Origin: Armatimonadota bacterium
GTDB lineage: Bacteria; Armatimonadota; Armatimonadia; Armatimonadales; Armatimonadaceae
Assembly (NCBI GenBank): GCA_043754515.1
Contig: JAYUUO010000282.1
Span: 12,449 to 76,448, forward strand
Length of the DNA: 64,000 nt
Direction of reading: 5' to 3'
Part shown: piece by piece, positions 9,859 to 19,933 of the stretch
How positions within the stretch are numbered: position 1 is the stretch's first letter
How the letters are laid out: each line of letters begins with the position of its first letter
The notes under the pieces: model-generated
The model's database searches: none
The model's input: the letters and a program-made list of their open reading frames with translations, nothing else
Told to the model about the DNA's origin: nothing
Translations under genes and position numbers: made by a program

Positions 9859-10338
9859 CTACTTGTCCTGCTTGCTTTCCCCAACCACGACCGACCGGCG
9901 TTTCAGCCAGCCCTTCGTGGCATCCCGTACCCAGGTGTCTTTGTCTGTTTCGGTGTAGGCCATCGGCTCCTCTTTCCCGGTCTTCGGTGCCACTAATACG
10001 AACGCTATGTGTCGGTCCACGATCACGGTGCAGGTGTCCCCCGAAGTCTTGGCCTCCTTCACTGCGGTCCGCAACTCGGCGGACTTCGCCAACTGGAAAA
10101 GTTTGGTCATCGTGTCGCGGTATTTCGGTAGCAGGTCGGTCTCGGAACCGTTTACTTCCTCGTAACCGGGCGACAAAACGGACACGACCGTATCCACGTT
10201 CTTCGCCGCGTAGCCCTTGCTCTGCGTGTCGTATGCGGCCTGAATGGCCTGCTTCGTGGCGGGATCATCCTTCGCGCAACCGAGCGAACTCGCCGCGATG
10301 GCGACAGCGGCGAGAGCCGCCCAGGTAGAGTTTCTCAT
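9859..10338 (-). CDS. Exported lipoprotein with probable NTF2/SnoaL-like (DUF4440-like) domain
   Basis: Signal peptide ending SSLGC; helix-then-strands pattern ending DTWVR...GWLK; AAGGA SD upstream. Confidence 0.65.
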   Translation of the reverse strand: MRNSTWAALAAVAIAASSLGCAKDDPATKQAIQAAYDTQSKGYAAKNVDTVVSVLSPGYEEVNGSETDLLPKYRDTMTKLFQLAKSAELRTAVKEAKTSGDTCTVIVDRHIAFVLVAPKTGKEEPMAYTETDKDTWVRDATKGWLKRRSVVVGESKQDK

Positions 10339-10444
10339 AAAAATGGCTTCCTTGATGGTGCACAGACAGGAATCGGCGTGCGCGACTACGAAATAGAGTT
10401 CGTCGCGGGTGGCGAAGTTCCTGCCATGCGGACGCCGAATAACC

Positions 10445-11554
10445 ATGCCAACAATTGCTGTACTCGCCGGGGACGGAATCGGCCCCGAAATCATCGCCGA
10501 GGCGAAAAAAATAATCGCCGCCGTTGACGAACGCTACGAACTGAACCTGACCCTCGTCGACGCGCTCGTCGGGGGCGTCGCCTACGACCGGACTGGACAC
10601 CCGCTCCCGCCCGAGACGCTCGACCTGTGCCGCGCGTCGGACGCGGTGCTACTCGGCGCGGTCGGCGGCCCGAAGTACGACGCCATCGAACCCGCCGAAC
10701 TCCGCCCGGAACGCGGCGCGCTCCTGCCGCTGCGCAAGCACCTCGGACTGTTCGCTAATTTGCGCCCCGCGATTCTCACACCCGCGCTCGCGTCCTCGTC
10801 CCCACTCCGCGCGGACATTGTCGCGGGGGGGCTGGACGTGCTGGTCGTGCGCGAACTGACCGGCGGCCTGTATTTCGGGCAGCCGAAGTCGAACGACGGC
10901 GAACGCGCGGTAGACACCTGCGTCTACACCAAACCAGAAATCGTTCGTATCGCGCGAATCGCGTTCGAGGCGGCGCGCGGGCGCGGCAGAAAACTCTGCT
11001 CGGTTGATAAGGCGAACGTGCTGGAAACGTCGCGGCTGTGGCGTTCCACCGTGCATGAGGTCGCGGGCGACTACCCGGACGTCGAAGTCACTGACATGCT
11101 GGTGGACAACTGCGCGATGCAACTGGTGCGAAACCCGCGCCAGTTCGACGTAATCGTGACCGAAAACCTGTTCGGAGACATACTCTCCGATGAGGCGTCC
11201 ATGCTGTGCGGCTCGCTCGGGATGCTCCCTTCGGCGTCGCTCGGCGTGCGCAAGACCGCTACGGGCACGTTCGGGCTGTACGAGCCGTGCCACGGCTCCG
11301 CGCCCGACATAGCGGGGCGGGGAATCGCGAACCCGCTCGCCACGATCCTGTCCGTCGCGATGATGCTCCGTTATTCGTTCGGAGCGGAAGACGCCGCGGC
11401 TGCCATCGAATCGGCGGTCTCTAGGGTGCTCGACGATGGTTTGAGGACGACGGACATCGCCGCGCCGGGCGAGGCGACTGTCTCGACAGTGACCATGGGA
11501 AACGCGGTGGTGGACGCGCTCGGAAGCGCGGGCGAAACACTTGCGCGGGACTGA
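10445..11554 (+). CDS. leuB: 3-isopropylmalate dehydrogenase
   Basis: [65 protein letters not shown]. Confidence 0.97.
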   Translation: MPTIAVLAGDGIGPEIIAEAKKIIAAVDERYELNLTLVDALVGGVAYDRTGHPLPPETLDLCRASDAVLLGAVGGPKYDAIEPAELRPERGALLPLRKHLGLFANLRPAILTPALASSSPLRADIVAGGLDVLVVRELTGGLYFGQPKSNDGERAVDTCVYTKPEIVRIARIAFEAARGRGRKLCSVDKANVLETSRLWRSTVHEVAGDYPDVEVTDMLVDNCAMQLVRNPRQFDVIVTENLFGDILSDEASMLCGSLGMLPSASLGVRKTATGTFGLYEPCHGSAPDIAGRGIANPLATILSVAMMLRYSFGAEDAAAAIESAVSRVLDDGLRTTDIAAPGEATVSTVTMGNAVVDALGSAGETLARD

Positions 11555-11694
11555 CGTCTTGCGACGGGAGCAGCCATAACGGAGGTCGGTTCATCGGCCA
11601 GTGCCTTCGCCTTCTCCTCCGCCACGCGTTCTCCGAGCACTTGCTGTGGCTGGGGGTGGGCCCGATCTGTGACAAGATTGAGCGGGTAAGACAC

Positions 11695-12510
11695 TCATCG
11701 CTCCGATCTGGCGGGAAACAGGAACATCAACACGTCGCCGAACCGCGCCCGCCACGCGGCCTCGTTGTGGACCGCGCCGGTCGCCTCGACGTAACGCAGG
11801 TCGCGCCCCGGCACCCAGCCGCTCTGGATAAGCGCGTCGCGTAGGATCCGTGCGTCGCGTAGCGCGCCCCCGGTCTCGTCCTCGGCCGTTCCGATGTCTA
11901 CCCAAAGACGGACGAGTTTCTTCGGCGTGGAAGTGACGGTGCGCAGGATCGCCCGGTCGTTCCACCACACGGACGGCGACAGTACTGCGGCTTTGCCCCA
12001 CATGCCCGGCACCGCGAGCGATTGGTGAAGCGCGAACAGTGCCCCGAGAGACGAACCGCCGAGCGCGGTGTTCGCCGGATCGGGTCTGGTGCGAAACCGG
12101 CCGTCTATCTCCGGCTTCAGCGTCACCTTCATCCACTTCCCATAGGCGTCGGCCCCGCCGCCCGTCTTCAACTTAGTGTCATGGAAGGGGGTATATTCGT
12201 CCGCCCGATCCGCCCCGCCGTTGTAAACGGCGACCAGGATCACCGGCTCGATCTTGCCTGCCGCCTCCAGTTTGGCCGCCGTTTCGTCCGCCTCCCACTC
12301 ACCCGCGAACGAAGTAGCGGCATCAAAGACGTTCTGCCCGTCGAGCAGATAAAAGACCGGGTAGCGGCGTTTCCGGTTCGCCGGGGTGTCATAACCGGTC
12401 GGCAGACGCACTAAAACCGTGCGCCCGGAGACGGCGAGGGCGCGAATATCACCGGAGAGGGTACAGGGCGCGGCGACCAGGGCAGGAATGGGGGGCAACG
12501 TTGGTACCAT
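11695..12510 (-). CDS. Alpha/beta-hydrolase esterase (IroE/Fes-like)
   Basis: RYPVFYLLDGQNVF, nucleophile GGSSLGA, SPSVWW, HNEAAW. Confidence 0.85.
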   Translation of the reverse strand: MVPTLPPIPALVAAPCTLSGDIRALAVSGRTVLVRLPTGYDTPANRKRRYPVFYLLDGQNVFDAATSFAGEWEADETAAKLEAAGKIEPVILVAVYNGGADRADEYTPFHDTKLKTGGGADAYGKWMKVTLKPEIDGRFRTRPDPANTALGGSSLGALFALHQSLAVPGMWGKAAVLSPSVWWNDRAILRTVTSTPKKLVRLWVDIGTAEDETGGALRDARILRDALIQSGWVPGRDLRYVEATGAVHNEAAWRARFGDVLMFLFPARSER

Positions 12511-12558
12511 AGATGGTTTATACGCCCCCCCCGGATGAGTTGGAGAGGAGCGGGGGAG

Positions 12559-13233
12559 TCATACCGTAGTGTCAGATGGTAGCGGATTGAGCACGACATC
12601 CTCTGGTGGATCCTTCAAAGTGGCGACTTCGCCGTGGGTGGGCGGTTCGTCCGCAGTTGATACTGGCGGTGCGCCCTTCTGACCACGGGTGAGTCTCGCC
12701 TTCTGATAAGACATGGTCGCCCATGCCGGTCCTTCCAATTCCGAATCAGGCACGACCAGTATGGGTTGCATCTCGTCCACGGATAGGCTCCGGTATTTGA
12801 ATACCGCCGCGACCGCGAAAGCACCGGGCAGTAGTACCCCCGCCACCAACACTATCTGCCAAAGGGTGTGATCCCCCGATCCGAATATCTCCGCCTGGTC
12901 TGGGTCGGAGGAAAAATACCGAACTATCACCGTTTCCCCCAGATACTCTTTCCTGTAGTAGTGGCCGCCGGTGTGTCCGTGCCTCTTGCCATCCACTGAG
13001 TAGGTAACGGTCGCCTGGCGGAAGCCTCTCGCTATCAAGACGGAGACAAGTTTGCCCTCTGTGTTAACTCCCTCATGGTCGAGGTGCCAGGTCGCCGACA
13101 TATGCGAGTAAAAACCGATCAGGAAGCCAATCGCGATTAGCACCGCGATGCCACCCATACAACCCAACGTGCTCTGCTCAGCCTCTCGCTCGAACCGGGA
13201 TTTGCCTATGATGGCGCGGTGCCCGGCCATCAA
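12559..13233 (-). CDS. Membrane protein, DUF3592-like
   Basis: TM helix, beta-rich soluble region (GETVIVRY...DP), second TM helix. Start uncertain. Confidence 0.55.
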   Translation of the reverse strand: MMAGHRAIIGKSRFEREAEQSTLGCMGGIAVLIAIGFLIGFYSHMSATWHLDHEGVNTEGKLVSVLIARGFRQATVTYSVDGKRHGHTGGHYYRKEYLGETVIVRYFSSDPDQAEIFGSGDHTLWQIVLVAGVLLPGAFAVAAVFKYRSLSVDEMQPILVVPDSELEGPAWATMSYQKARLTRGQKGAPPVSTADEPPTHGEVATLKDPPEDVVLNPLPSDTTV

Positions 13234-13318
13234 AGCACCCTTGTGGGCTTCTTCCTACAAACGGAGTCGCTTATCAAACATAGGCTCTTTTAGAAACGGC
13301 GGTAGCATGATTATTCCT

Positions 13319-14644
13319 TCAGGCGGGGTGCGCGAGCTGTTCCAGCCGCGCGAAATAGCCGGGGAACGTCTTGCTGACGCACGACGGGTCAGCGATCCGA
13401 ACCCCCGGCACGCGAAGCCCGATCAGCGCGAACGCCATCGCCATCCGGTGATCATCGTATGTTCGTACCGGCTCGCGCGGCGTGATCCCGGCGCATGGGT
13501 ACACCGTGAATCCGTCCTCCCGCTCGTCAACGGTCACTCCGAGGCGGCGCAATTCGGTCACGGTCGCGCCGATGCGGTCAGTCTCTTTGTGACGGATGTG
13601 CGCGACGTTCTCGATCACGGTGGGGGAGTCGGCGAACGGCGCGAGTACCGCGAGCGTCATCACCGTGTCGGAAATGGCGTTCATGTCGAAAGTACCACCC
13701 GTTAGTTTCCCGGTGCCGGTGACTTCGGTGTAATCGCCGCTTCTGGTCACCGCGCAACCCATCGCCTGTAGCACGTCCACGAATGCGGCGTCGCCCTGTA
13801 GCGCGTTGACACCGATATCCGGGACACGCACCGTGCCCCCGGTGATCGCCGCCGCGCCCCAGAAGTAGGATGCGGAGGACGCGTCCGGCTCGACCGCGTA
13901 GGAGCCGGAGGATCGGTAGGTCTGGTTTCCGGGGACGTGGAACGTCCTTCCGTCCTCGGAAACATTCACGACTCCGCCGAAGGAGCGTGCCATGGCGACC
14001 GTGATGGCTATATACGGCGCGGAGAGTAGGGGACCCTCGACCTGTATTACAGTCTCCGCGCCGCCCGCGCACGGCACGGCGAGGAGCAACCCTGACAGGA
14101 ATTGGCTGGATTTATCCGCCCGGATCCGGCAGGTACCGCCGCTCAGACCGGTCGCCTGAAGGCGGATCGGCGGGGAGCCGTTGCCGGGCACGCTTATTGC
14201 GTCCACCCCGAGTGCTTGGAGTGCGTCGAGCAGATCCGCCATCGGTCTCTCCCGCATCCGCGCCACGCCGTCAATGATCACAACGCCGTGACCGAGGGCG
14301 GCGATAGGTGTTATGAACCGCGCAGTGGTGCCGCTGTTGCCGACGAACAGCGCGGCGGCTCTCCCGAATTCCACCTTGCCGCCTCGTCCGTAGACGGTGA
14401 TCTGTTCTTTTCCTGGCTCCGAGTCCACGCGAAACCCCAGATCGCGCAAACAGTCCGTCATTCGGGCGGTGTCGTCCGCGAACAAGGCGTTGGTGAGCGT
14501 CGTCGGGCCGTCGGCGAGCGCGGCGAGTGCCAGAGCGCGATTGGTTATGCTTTTAGACCCTGGTACGCGCGCGGTGCCCGAAACGGGTATGGAAGCGGGA
14601 ATGATTTCCAGAGGGTCGGGGAGTGTTGTGTCGGGTATGCTCAT
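13319..14644 (-). CDS. aroA: EPSP synthase (3-phosphoshikimate 1-carboxyvinyltransferase)
   Basis: PGSKSITNRAL, GNSGTTARF, RERPM, SSQFLSGLL, KETDRI, DDHRMAMAF, KTFP. Confidence 0.97.
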   Translation of the reverse strand: MSIPDTTLPDPLEIIPASIPVSGTARVPGSKSITNRALALAALADGPTTLTNALFADDTARMTDCLRDLGFRVDSEPGKEQITVYGRGGKVEFGRAAALFVGNSGTTARFITPIAALGHGVVIIDGVARMRERPMADLLDALQALGVDAISVPGNGSPPIRLQATGLSGGTCRIRADKSSQFLSGLLLAVPCAGGAETVIQVEGPLLSAPYIAITVAMARSFGGVVNVSEDGRTFHVPGNQTYRSSGSYAVEPDASSASYFWGAAAITGGTVRVPDIGVNALQGDAAFVDVLQAMGCAVTRSGDYTEVTGTGKLTGGTFDMNAISDTVMTLAVLAPFADSPTVIENVAHIRHKETDRIGATVTELRRLGVTVDEREDGFTVYPCAGITPREPVRTYDDHRMAMAFALIGLRVPGVRIADPSCVSKTFPGYFARLEQLAHPA

Positions 14645-14663
14645 GCTGTTTCATCTCGCACGA

Positions 14664-14915
14664 TTAGTGGCGGTGGTTTGCCGCCGGTTTTGGCGTTTCT
14701 TTAGGCACTTCCGTGGGCGCGAAGTCGTGCATCGCTTTGTTCACGCCGAAAAACAACGCCATGCAAATCAGCACCACCAGAAACCAGGTCCCGCCGATGC
14801 GGCGGGTTGACTTGAAGCAGAAAAGCACGGCGAGCAGGGTAAGTATCCAAGCCCAGATTTGGAACGCGTTAGGTACCAGATAAAGGTGTTTGATGACTTC
14901 GATATTCTTATCCAT
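14664..14915 (-). CDS. Small two-TM membrane protein
   Basis: Two hydrophobic helices; co-oriented immediately upstream of aroA. Confidence 0.6.
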   Translation of the reverse strand: MDKNIEVIKHLYLVPNAFQIWAWILTLLAVLFCFKSTRRIGGTWFLVVLICMALFFGVNKAMHDFAPTEVPKETPKPAANHRH

Positions 14916-14980
14916 AAGGGGAAGCGGTTCTCCAGAGTCTATGATGCCGTGTTCGCGCGCGAAGTATCAGCTATCCTTTC

Positions 14981-15859
14981 TCAGATTATTCGGAAGGCGA
15001 GTTCTACGGGGTAGAAGACGCCTCCGAAGGGTGCTGTCGTCAGCGTCAGACCGTCCGACCCGACGACCGTCTCGCAGAGCACCGTCCACTTCGTCGCGCC
15101 GATGATGCGCGACTGATGCAGGGACCCATTCACCGAACCCACCATACCTGCCTTGCCGCCGCGCGGGCAAAACGACACGCGCACCCGGCTCCCCTTCGGC
15201 GCGGCGACTTTGAAAGAGTAGAGCATGCCGTAGGTGCCGTCTAGGTACCGGCTCATTCCGGCGTCCGGCACCCCGATGCGGTAGCTCCCGCTCCGCCCTT
15301 TCGTGAGTGCCACCTCGACCTGTCGGCGCGGCGAGTCAACGGCGACGACGCGCGCGCCCCGCACCGACCATTTATTATGCCGCCAGTAGATGCGCAGACG
15401 GGCATCTGTCGTTGCCGTCACCGTCATCAGGCCGCTCCCGATTTCGCGGCTACCCAGACTCACTGCGAAATGCGCGGCCCCTTTTTTCCCGCGGTAGGCG
15501 AGATCGGGAGCCGACAGGTAGCGCGCCATCGCCTGGCGACCAGCAAGCGTCGGGTCGCGCTGGGCATCCCCGAAGCCGCGCCGCGCGGTGAACGACAGCG
15601 GCGTGCCGGAGTCGCCGGACAGGGCGATCACGAGATTATCGCGGTGGCTGGTCGTGTTCTTGTAATGGAAGAAAATCGTGTAGCTCTTGCCCGCGCGGAG
15701 CATGGCGTCCGCGTGCGTCCCCGAGGCCGTAATTTTCTCGGGCCGGTTACAGAATAGAAGTTGGCCACGCGCGAGGACAGGCTGTTGCGCGGGGAGCAGC
15801 AACGTGAAAGCACCCAACACCATCAAAAGAAACACCCAGAACGGTTTTAAGCGACACAT
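14981..15859 (-). CDS. Secreted hypothetical protein
   Basis: N-terminal signal peptide; motifs LLFCNRPE, GTYGMLY, PRGG. Confidence 0.65.
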   Translation of the reverse strand: MCRLKPFWVFLLMVLGAFTLLLPAQQPVLARGQLLFCNRPEKITASGTHADAMLRAGKSYTIFFHYKNTTSHRDNLVIALSGDSGTPLSFTARRGFGDAQRDPTLAGRQAMARYLSAPDLAYRGKKGAAHFAVSLGSREIGSGLMTVTATTDARLRIYWRHNKWSVRGARVVAVDSPRRQVEVALTKGRSGSYRIGVPDAGMSRYLDGTYGMLYSFKVAAPKGSRVRVSFCPRGGKAGMVGSVNGSLHQSRIIGATKWTVLCETVVGSDGLTLTTAPFGGVFYPVELAFRII

Positions 15860-15992
15860 TAAGAGCAGACCTATCGAGCGGCGACGGCGATAATTGAGAT
15901 GGTGAGACCGCGCCGTCTACAACTGACCCGATTATACCGCGATTCCCCGGACGCGACGCCGAATTATTGCCCAAACGCGGTATCCTGTCGCC

Positions 15993-16376
15993 ATGGATGA
16001 AGAGCAAACCTGGTACCCGTACGAGGGGGGCGTCACTATCGGTAAACCAGGACCGTTAGGGGGGCATGTCACGCGCGACGAGGAGTGGGGCGACCCCGAG
16101 GAGCCGGAAGACGCCGACGCCCGGTTGACGCTGGAAGCCGTCGCGGGCGGTTACGCGGTAACCGCGAACCTGTACGGTGGCTGGTTACAAGAAACAGCAC
16201 GGTTTACGGACGAGGCGGCCGCGCTCGCGGCCCATGAGGCAACGCGCGAAGAACTCACCCGCCTCGCCGCGCTCATCCCCGACGAGGAAGACCGTGACCT
16301 GGTGGGTGCCGTCGCTCATCTGAACCGCGAGGTCGCTGTGTTCGTCGCCCGCTTCGGAGGCGAGCCGACAATCTAG
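15993..16376 (+). CDS. Acidic hypothetical protein
   Basis: Long ORF with genome-like codon usage; TATCCT 6 nt upstream of the ATG. Confidence 0.65.
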   Translation: MDEEQTWYPYEGGVTIGKPGPLGGHVTRDEEWGDPEEPEDADARLTLEAVAGGYAVTANLYGGWLQETARFTDEAAALAAHEATREELTRLAALIPDEEDRDLVGAVAHLNREVAVFVARFGGEPTI

Positions 16377-16535
16377 GCAACCCTCGCGGCGGGGACTATA
16401 CAAAAAGGTCAACCGGCGCGTTTATTTTCGCGGAAATAAAGGTATAACAGACCCGTCGTGGATCCATAGGCGATACGCCCCCGCGAGACACCATCACGCT
16501 CGATGAACCAATTTCAGAACCGAGAGGAACGAAAA

Positions 16536-17489
16536 ATGAAACCACTATTTACCGCGCCCGCGCTCTGCGCCCTGGTCGCGCTTTCCGGAGCCGCGTTCGC
16601 GCAAGACGGCATGGGGAAGACACCGACCGTCAAAATTCAGGAGATGGATGGCAAGAAGGTCGTCATCGTTTCCAAGGACGCGACCGGAACCGATATGTAT
16701 AAGACGCGCTGGGCGTTTTTCAACGCCGATAAGCGCGAAGTGGCCCGCTTCAAAGCGAAGGGTTTCTCCGACGCCGACTTCAAGGCGATCGCGAACATCG
16801 CGCTACGCACCGGCCTTGACACCGAGTATGTCGCCCGGCAGGTGAAGGAAGTCGGACACCCGCTCAGCGTCATCGCTGCACGCTATAACGTGTCTACGTT
16901 CGCTCTGCACGAAGACATTCCGGGGTTAGGCGCGACCTCTTTTGGGATTGACACGACCGGCTCGATGATGGGCGGCTCTAGCATGGACAAGCCGATGTCT
17001 GACGACTCTGGGAAGAAGAGCAAAAGGGGTAAAAAGAAGGGCGGAGCGGCTATGGCCTCTGGCACCGTGGTAGATGTCGCCATGTCCGACCCGCAGTTCT
17101 CGACCCTGGTCGCGGCGATTAAAGCCGCCGGTCTCGTTGACACGCTCAACGGGGCAGGCCCCTTCACTGTGCTCGCGCCGACCAACGAAGCGTTCGCCAA
17201 GCTACCGGCGGGTGCGCTCGACGACCTACTGAAGCCCGAGAACAAGGATAAACTGGTGTCCATTCTCACCTACCACGTCATCCCCGGCAAGATCAAAGCC
17301 GCCGACGTGATGGGCATGAGCAACCCCTCCATGCCGACCACGGTGAACGGTAAGCAGCTAAACGTCAAGACTACCGCCCCGGTGATGGTCAACAACGCCC
17401 GCGTCATCAAGACCGACATTGACGCGTCGAACGGTGTCATCCATGTGATTGACACCGTACTAATGCCGGACGCGCCTGCGACACCCTGA
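16536..17489 (+). CDS. Secreted fasciclin (FAS1) domain protein with extra N-terminal domain
   Basis: Signal peptide AAFAQ; FSTLVAAIKAAGL, GPFTVLAPTNEAF, ILTYHV, ASNGVIHVIDTVL; GAGGA SD. Confidence 0.92.
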   Translation: MKPLFTAPALCALVALSGAAFAQDGMGKTPTVKIQEMDGKKVVIVSKDATGTDMYKTRWAFFNADKREVARFKAKGFSDADFKAIANIALRTGLDTEYVARQVKEVGHPLSVIAARYNVSTFALHEDIPGLGATSFGIDTTGSMMGGSSMDKPMSDDSGKKSKRGKKKGGAAMASGTVVDVAMSDPQFSTLVAAIKAAGLVDTLNGAGPFTVLAPTNEAFAKLPAGALDDLLKPENKDKLVSILTYHVIPGKIKAADVMGMSNPSMPTTVNGKQLNVKTTAPVMVNNARVIKTDIDASNGVIHVIDTVLMPDAPATP

Positions 17490-17517
17490 CCGTGAACGGT
17501 CAAATAGCATAGAAGAA

Positions 17518-17550
17518 GGGGCGGCGCAAAACGCGCCGCCCCTATCTTTT
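17518..17550 (+). terminator. Intrinsic terminator after the fasciclin gene
   Basis: GGGGCGGCGC-aaaac-GCGCCGCCCC stem followed by TATCTTTT. Confidence 0.8.
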
Positions 17551-17589
17551 ATCCTGTCTCGCCGGGGAAACGGCGGGATCGTTCGCCCC

Positions 17590-18459
17590 CTACGCGCCCG
17601 CTACCAACACCGTGGCGTTTGCGGTCGCCGACTCTACGACCACCCGCCCATCCTCGACGTGTGTCACTAGGACGGAGGCACCGTTCGGGAGAAAGTCGCC
17701 TTCCGTCACCACGTCGAAGCGCGCCCCGCCGAAGTCCGCGATGCCGGAGGGACGCAGGGCGGATAGCGCGGTACCTGTCCGACCGATCAGTGTCATCGGG
17801 CTTTGGCTAGCCGACAACGCGACCGTGGACTGTTGGCGCATCTGTTGGCTGATCTGCTTCCAGAGCGGTGACTTCGGGAGGTAGGCGAAGAACGCCGTTA
17901 AAACAACGAGCGTCAATACCGAAGCCACTGGTAGCGCGAATGCCGCGTGATTGCTCCCGCCGAGAGCCCAGAACATACCCAGGAACAGTAGCAATAGCCC
18001 GCCGACCGCCGCGCTACCCTGACCCGGATAAACGTGTGTCTCCAGGAGAAGCAAGCCGACGCCCGCCAGCATCAGCACGATGCCGACCCAGCCGCCGGTC
18101 CCCTCGGTCACGTGCGCCGCGAACACGGTGCCGACCGCGATCACCCCGAGCGTGCCGGTCCACTCCCATGTCTTGGGAGTGAGTAGATCCACGAACAGTA
18201 GTAGGCAACCTACCACTAAAAGTAGTACCGTCGCCCACGGCGCGATGATTACCAGAGCGGCTTGCGACCACCACCCCCCGGCGGACGCCGGGGCGTGGGT
18301 GCCCTGCGCGAGCGCGGCGGTCGCCCCGGCGGTCAATAGCCCTATGACCCCCAATACCCGCGTCGGACAATCCCCCGTAGAAACGGGGGATCCGCTCCGC
18401 GCCGATAGAGTGCGCCGCGCCGCGATGCGTGGGCCTGCTACGTAGGAATTACCGGTCAT
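17590..18459 (-). CDS. NfeD family membrane protein (YqeZ-like, TM region plus OB fold)
   Basis: Several TM helices; C-terminal LIGRTGTALSALRPSG...DVVTEGDFL...V.VTHVE. Confidence 0.85.
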   Translation of the reverse strand: MTGNSYVAGPRIAARRTLSARSGSPVSTGDCPTRVLGVIGLLTAGATAALAQGTHAPASAGGWWSQAALVIIAPWATVLLLVVGCLLLFVDLLTPKTWEWTGTLGVIAVGTVFAAHVTEGTGGWVGIVLMLAGVGLLLLETHVYPGQGSAAVGGLLLLFLGMFWALGGSNHAAFALPVASVLTLVVLTAFFAYLPKSPLWKQISQQMRQQSTVALSASQSPMTLIGRTGTALSALRPSGIADFGGARFDVVTEGDFLPNGASVLVTHVEDGRVVVESATANATVLVAGA

Positions 18460-18468
18460 CCGTGTACG

Positions 18469-18975
18469 CTACCCTTCCTCGCCCGCCGTCTGGAACGGGT
18501 CGGTCAGCAGATACTTTTGCAGTCGGCGCTCGGTGTTGAACGCGACGGCTTGCGTAAACCAGATCGCGCCGACCGCAACGTTGTTCAGGAGCCGGAACGC
18601 GCGCAGTTTCAGGCGCGGAAGAAAGCCTAGACGCTGCTCCGCGACGGCCTCCTCTACCTGGGGCGCGAGTTCGTGCCAGATGTCCAGCACCGGCTCGCGC
18701 CGGGGGACGTGCGCGTGCAGAAAGTCCAGCATCGTCCCGAGTGCCTTCGCCTCGCTCGCGCACTCAGGACAATCCAGGACGTGTGCCGCCACGACGGATC
18801 GCCGCTTGCTGTCTAAACTCCCTTCGACGAACTCCGAGAGGAGTGTCCGCGCACCCCGGCACTCCGCCGTGCTTTCCTCCCGCCCCGCCGAACCCGTCTG
18901 CCCGTGAGAATCACGACCGAACGTAACACTCGTCGGGGACGGCGGCTTTTTGAACACGAAACCGTTCTGGCTCAT
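18469..18975 (-). CDS. Zinc-finger (zf-HC2/ZAS) anti-sigma factor
   Basis: C...[10 protein letters not shown]...[11 protein letters not shown] (HxxxCxxC); overlaps the ECF sigma stop. Confidence 0.85.
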   Translation of the reverse strand: MSQNGFVFKKPPSPTSVTFGRDSHGQTGSAGREESTAECRGARTLLSEFVEGSLDSKRRSVVAAHVLDCPECASEAKALGTMLDFLHAHVPRREPVLDIWHELAPQVEEAVAEQRLGFLPRLKLRAFRLLNNVAVGAIWFTQAVAFNTERRLQKYLLTDPFQTAGEEG

Positions 18976-19727
18976 TGCCCGATTCCCCCTTCTATTAAAT
19001 CCAGGTATGGCTGGAACCGCTTTTTGAAGACTAGCCGCGCCCGGTGTATCTTTGATTTCACATTCACGATAGAAAGTTCCGTCACCTGGGATATCTCATC
19101 GTACGATAACTGCTCGAAGTCGCGCAGAATCAGTAGCATTCGTGCCTCGGTCGGAAGCGTCGCCAGCACCTCGTCAACGACCCGTTGCAGTTCGCGCACC
19201 TCGGCGAGTTTTCCCACGTTCATCCCGACGTCAACCGGCTCGCAGTTCGGGTTATCTTCCTGCGACTCCTGGAGCGATTCTTCCTCAATTACATTCTTAT
19301 GCCGGATGTGATTCAGGCAGGTATGTCGCGCGATGGTGTAAAGCCATGTGGAAACTTTGCTATCACCCCGAAACGAGGGGATGGCGCGCAGTGCTTTAAT
19401 GAACACGTCCTGCGTGATGTCGTAGGCGTCTTCGCCGCGTACCATCCGGCACACCATGCTGAAAATCGGCGTCTGGTATTTCTTGAACAGCGTCTCGAAT
19501 GCCTTCGGGTCGCCCGCGAGGTGCGCCCGCACCAGCAAGAAATCGGGATCGGCGGGGCGACCAGTCGGGGCGAAATCAACGGGCTTATCCTCCCGCGCGC
19601 CGAAAAAGCCGAACGGTTGTCGCGCGGGCTGTTGCGTGCCCGCCGGTGACGGGGTACTCGCCGCGTTCGTAAAGACCGCTTGCAGTGGATTATGTGCCCA
19701 GGCCGTTGCCGTCATCTTGTTACCCAT
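18972..19727 (-). CDS. ECF sigma-70 factor (SigW/RpoE-like)
   Basis: [33 protein letters not shown] (region 2); [10 protein letters not shown]...VKSKIHRAR (region 4). Confidence 0.93.
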   Translation of the reverse strand: MGNKMTATAWAHNPLQAVFTNAASTPSPAGTQQPARQPFGFFGAREDKPVDFAPTGRPADPDFLLVRAHLAGDPKAFETLFKKYQTPIFSMVCRMVRGEDAYDITQDVFIKALRAIPSFRGDSKVSTWLYTIARHTCLNHIRHKNVIEEESLQESQEDNPNCEPVDVGMNVGKLAEVRELQRVVDEVLATLPTEARMLLILRDFEQLSYDEISQVTELSIVNVKSKIHRARLVFKKRFQPYLDLIEGGIGQ

Positions 19728-19808
19728 TCGCGCCGCGTCCTCTCTTCGCCGTCCCGCGCCGCCCGACGCGACGGTAGGTGAATGAACACGGCTTCCTTAT
19801 CATCTCGG

Positions 19809-19837
19809 TAGACACGCGGAGTGTGGCCGCGGTTGCA
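19809..19837 (-). promoter_or_regulatory. Putative ECF-type autoregulatory promoter
   Basis: Minus strand TGCAAC-17 nt-TGTCTA upstream of the ECF sigma gene; fits the generic ECF 'AAC...GTC' pattern. Confidence 0.5.
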
Positions 19838-19933
19838 TGGGGCGCGTAAATGTTCGGCGACGCGCGGCGGGAAACCGGACGCGACTTAAATACAACAAAA
19901 CCGATTGGATATATGGTATTATTTGAAGCGGTT

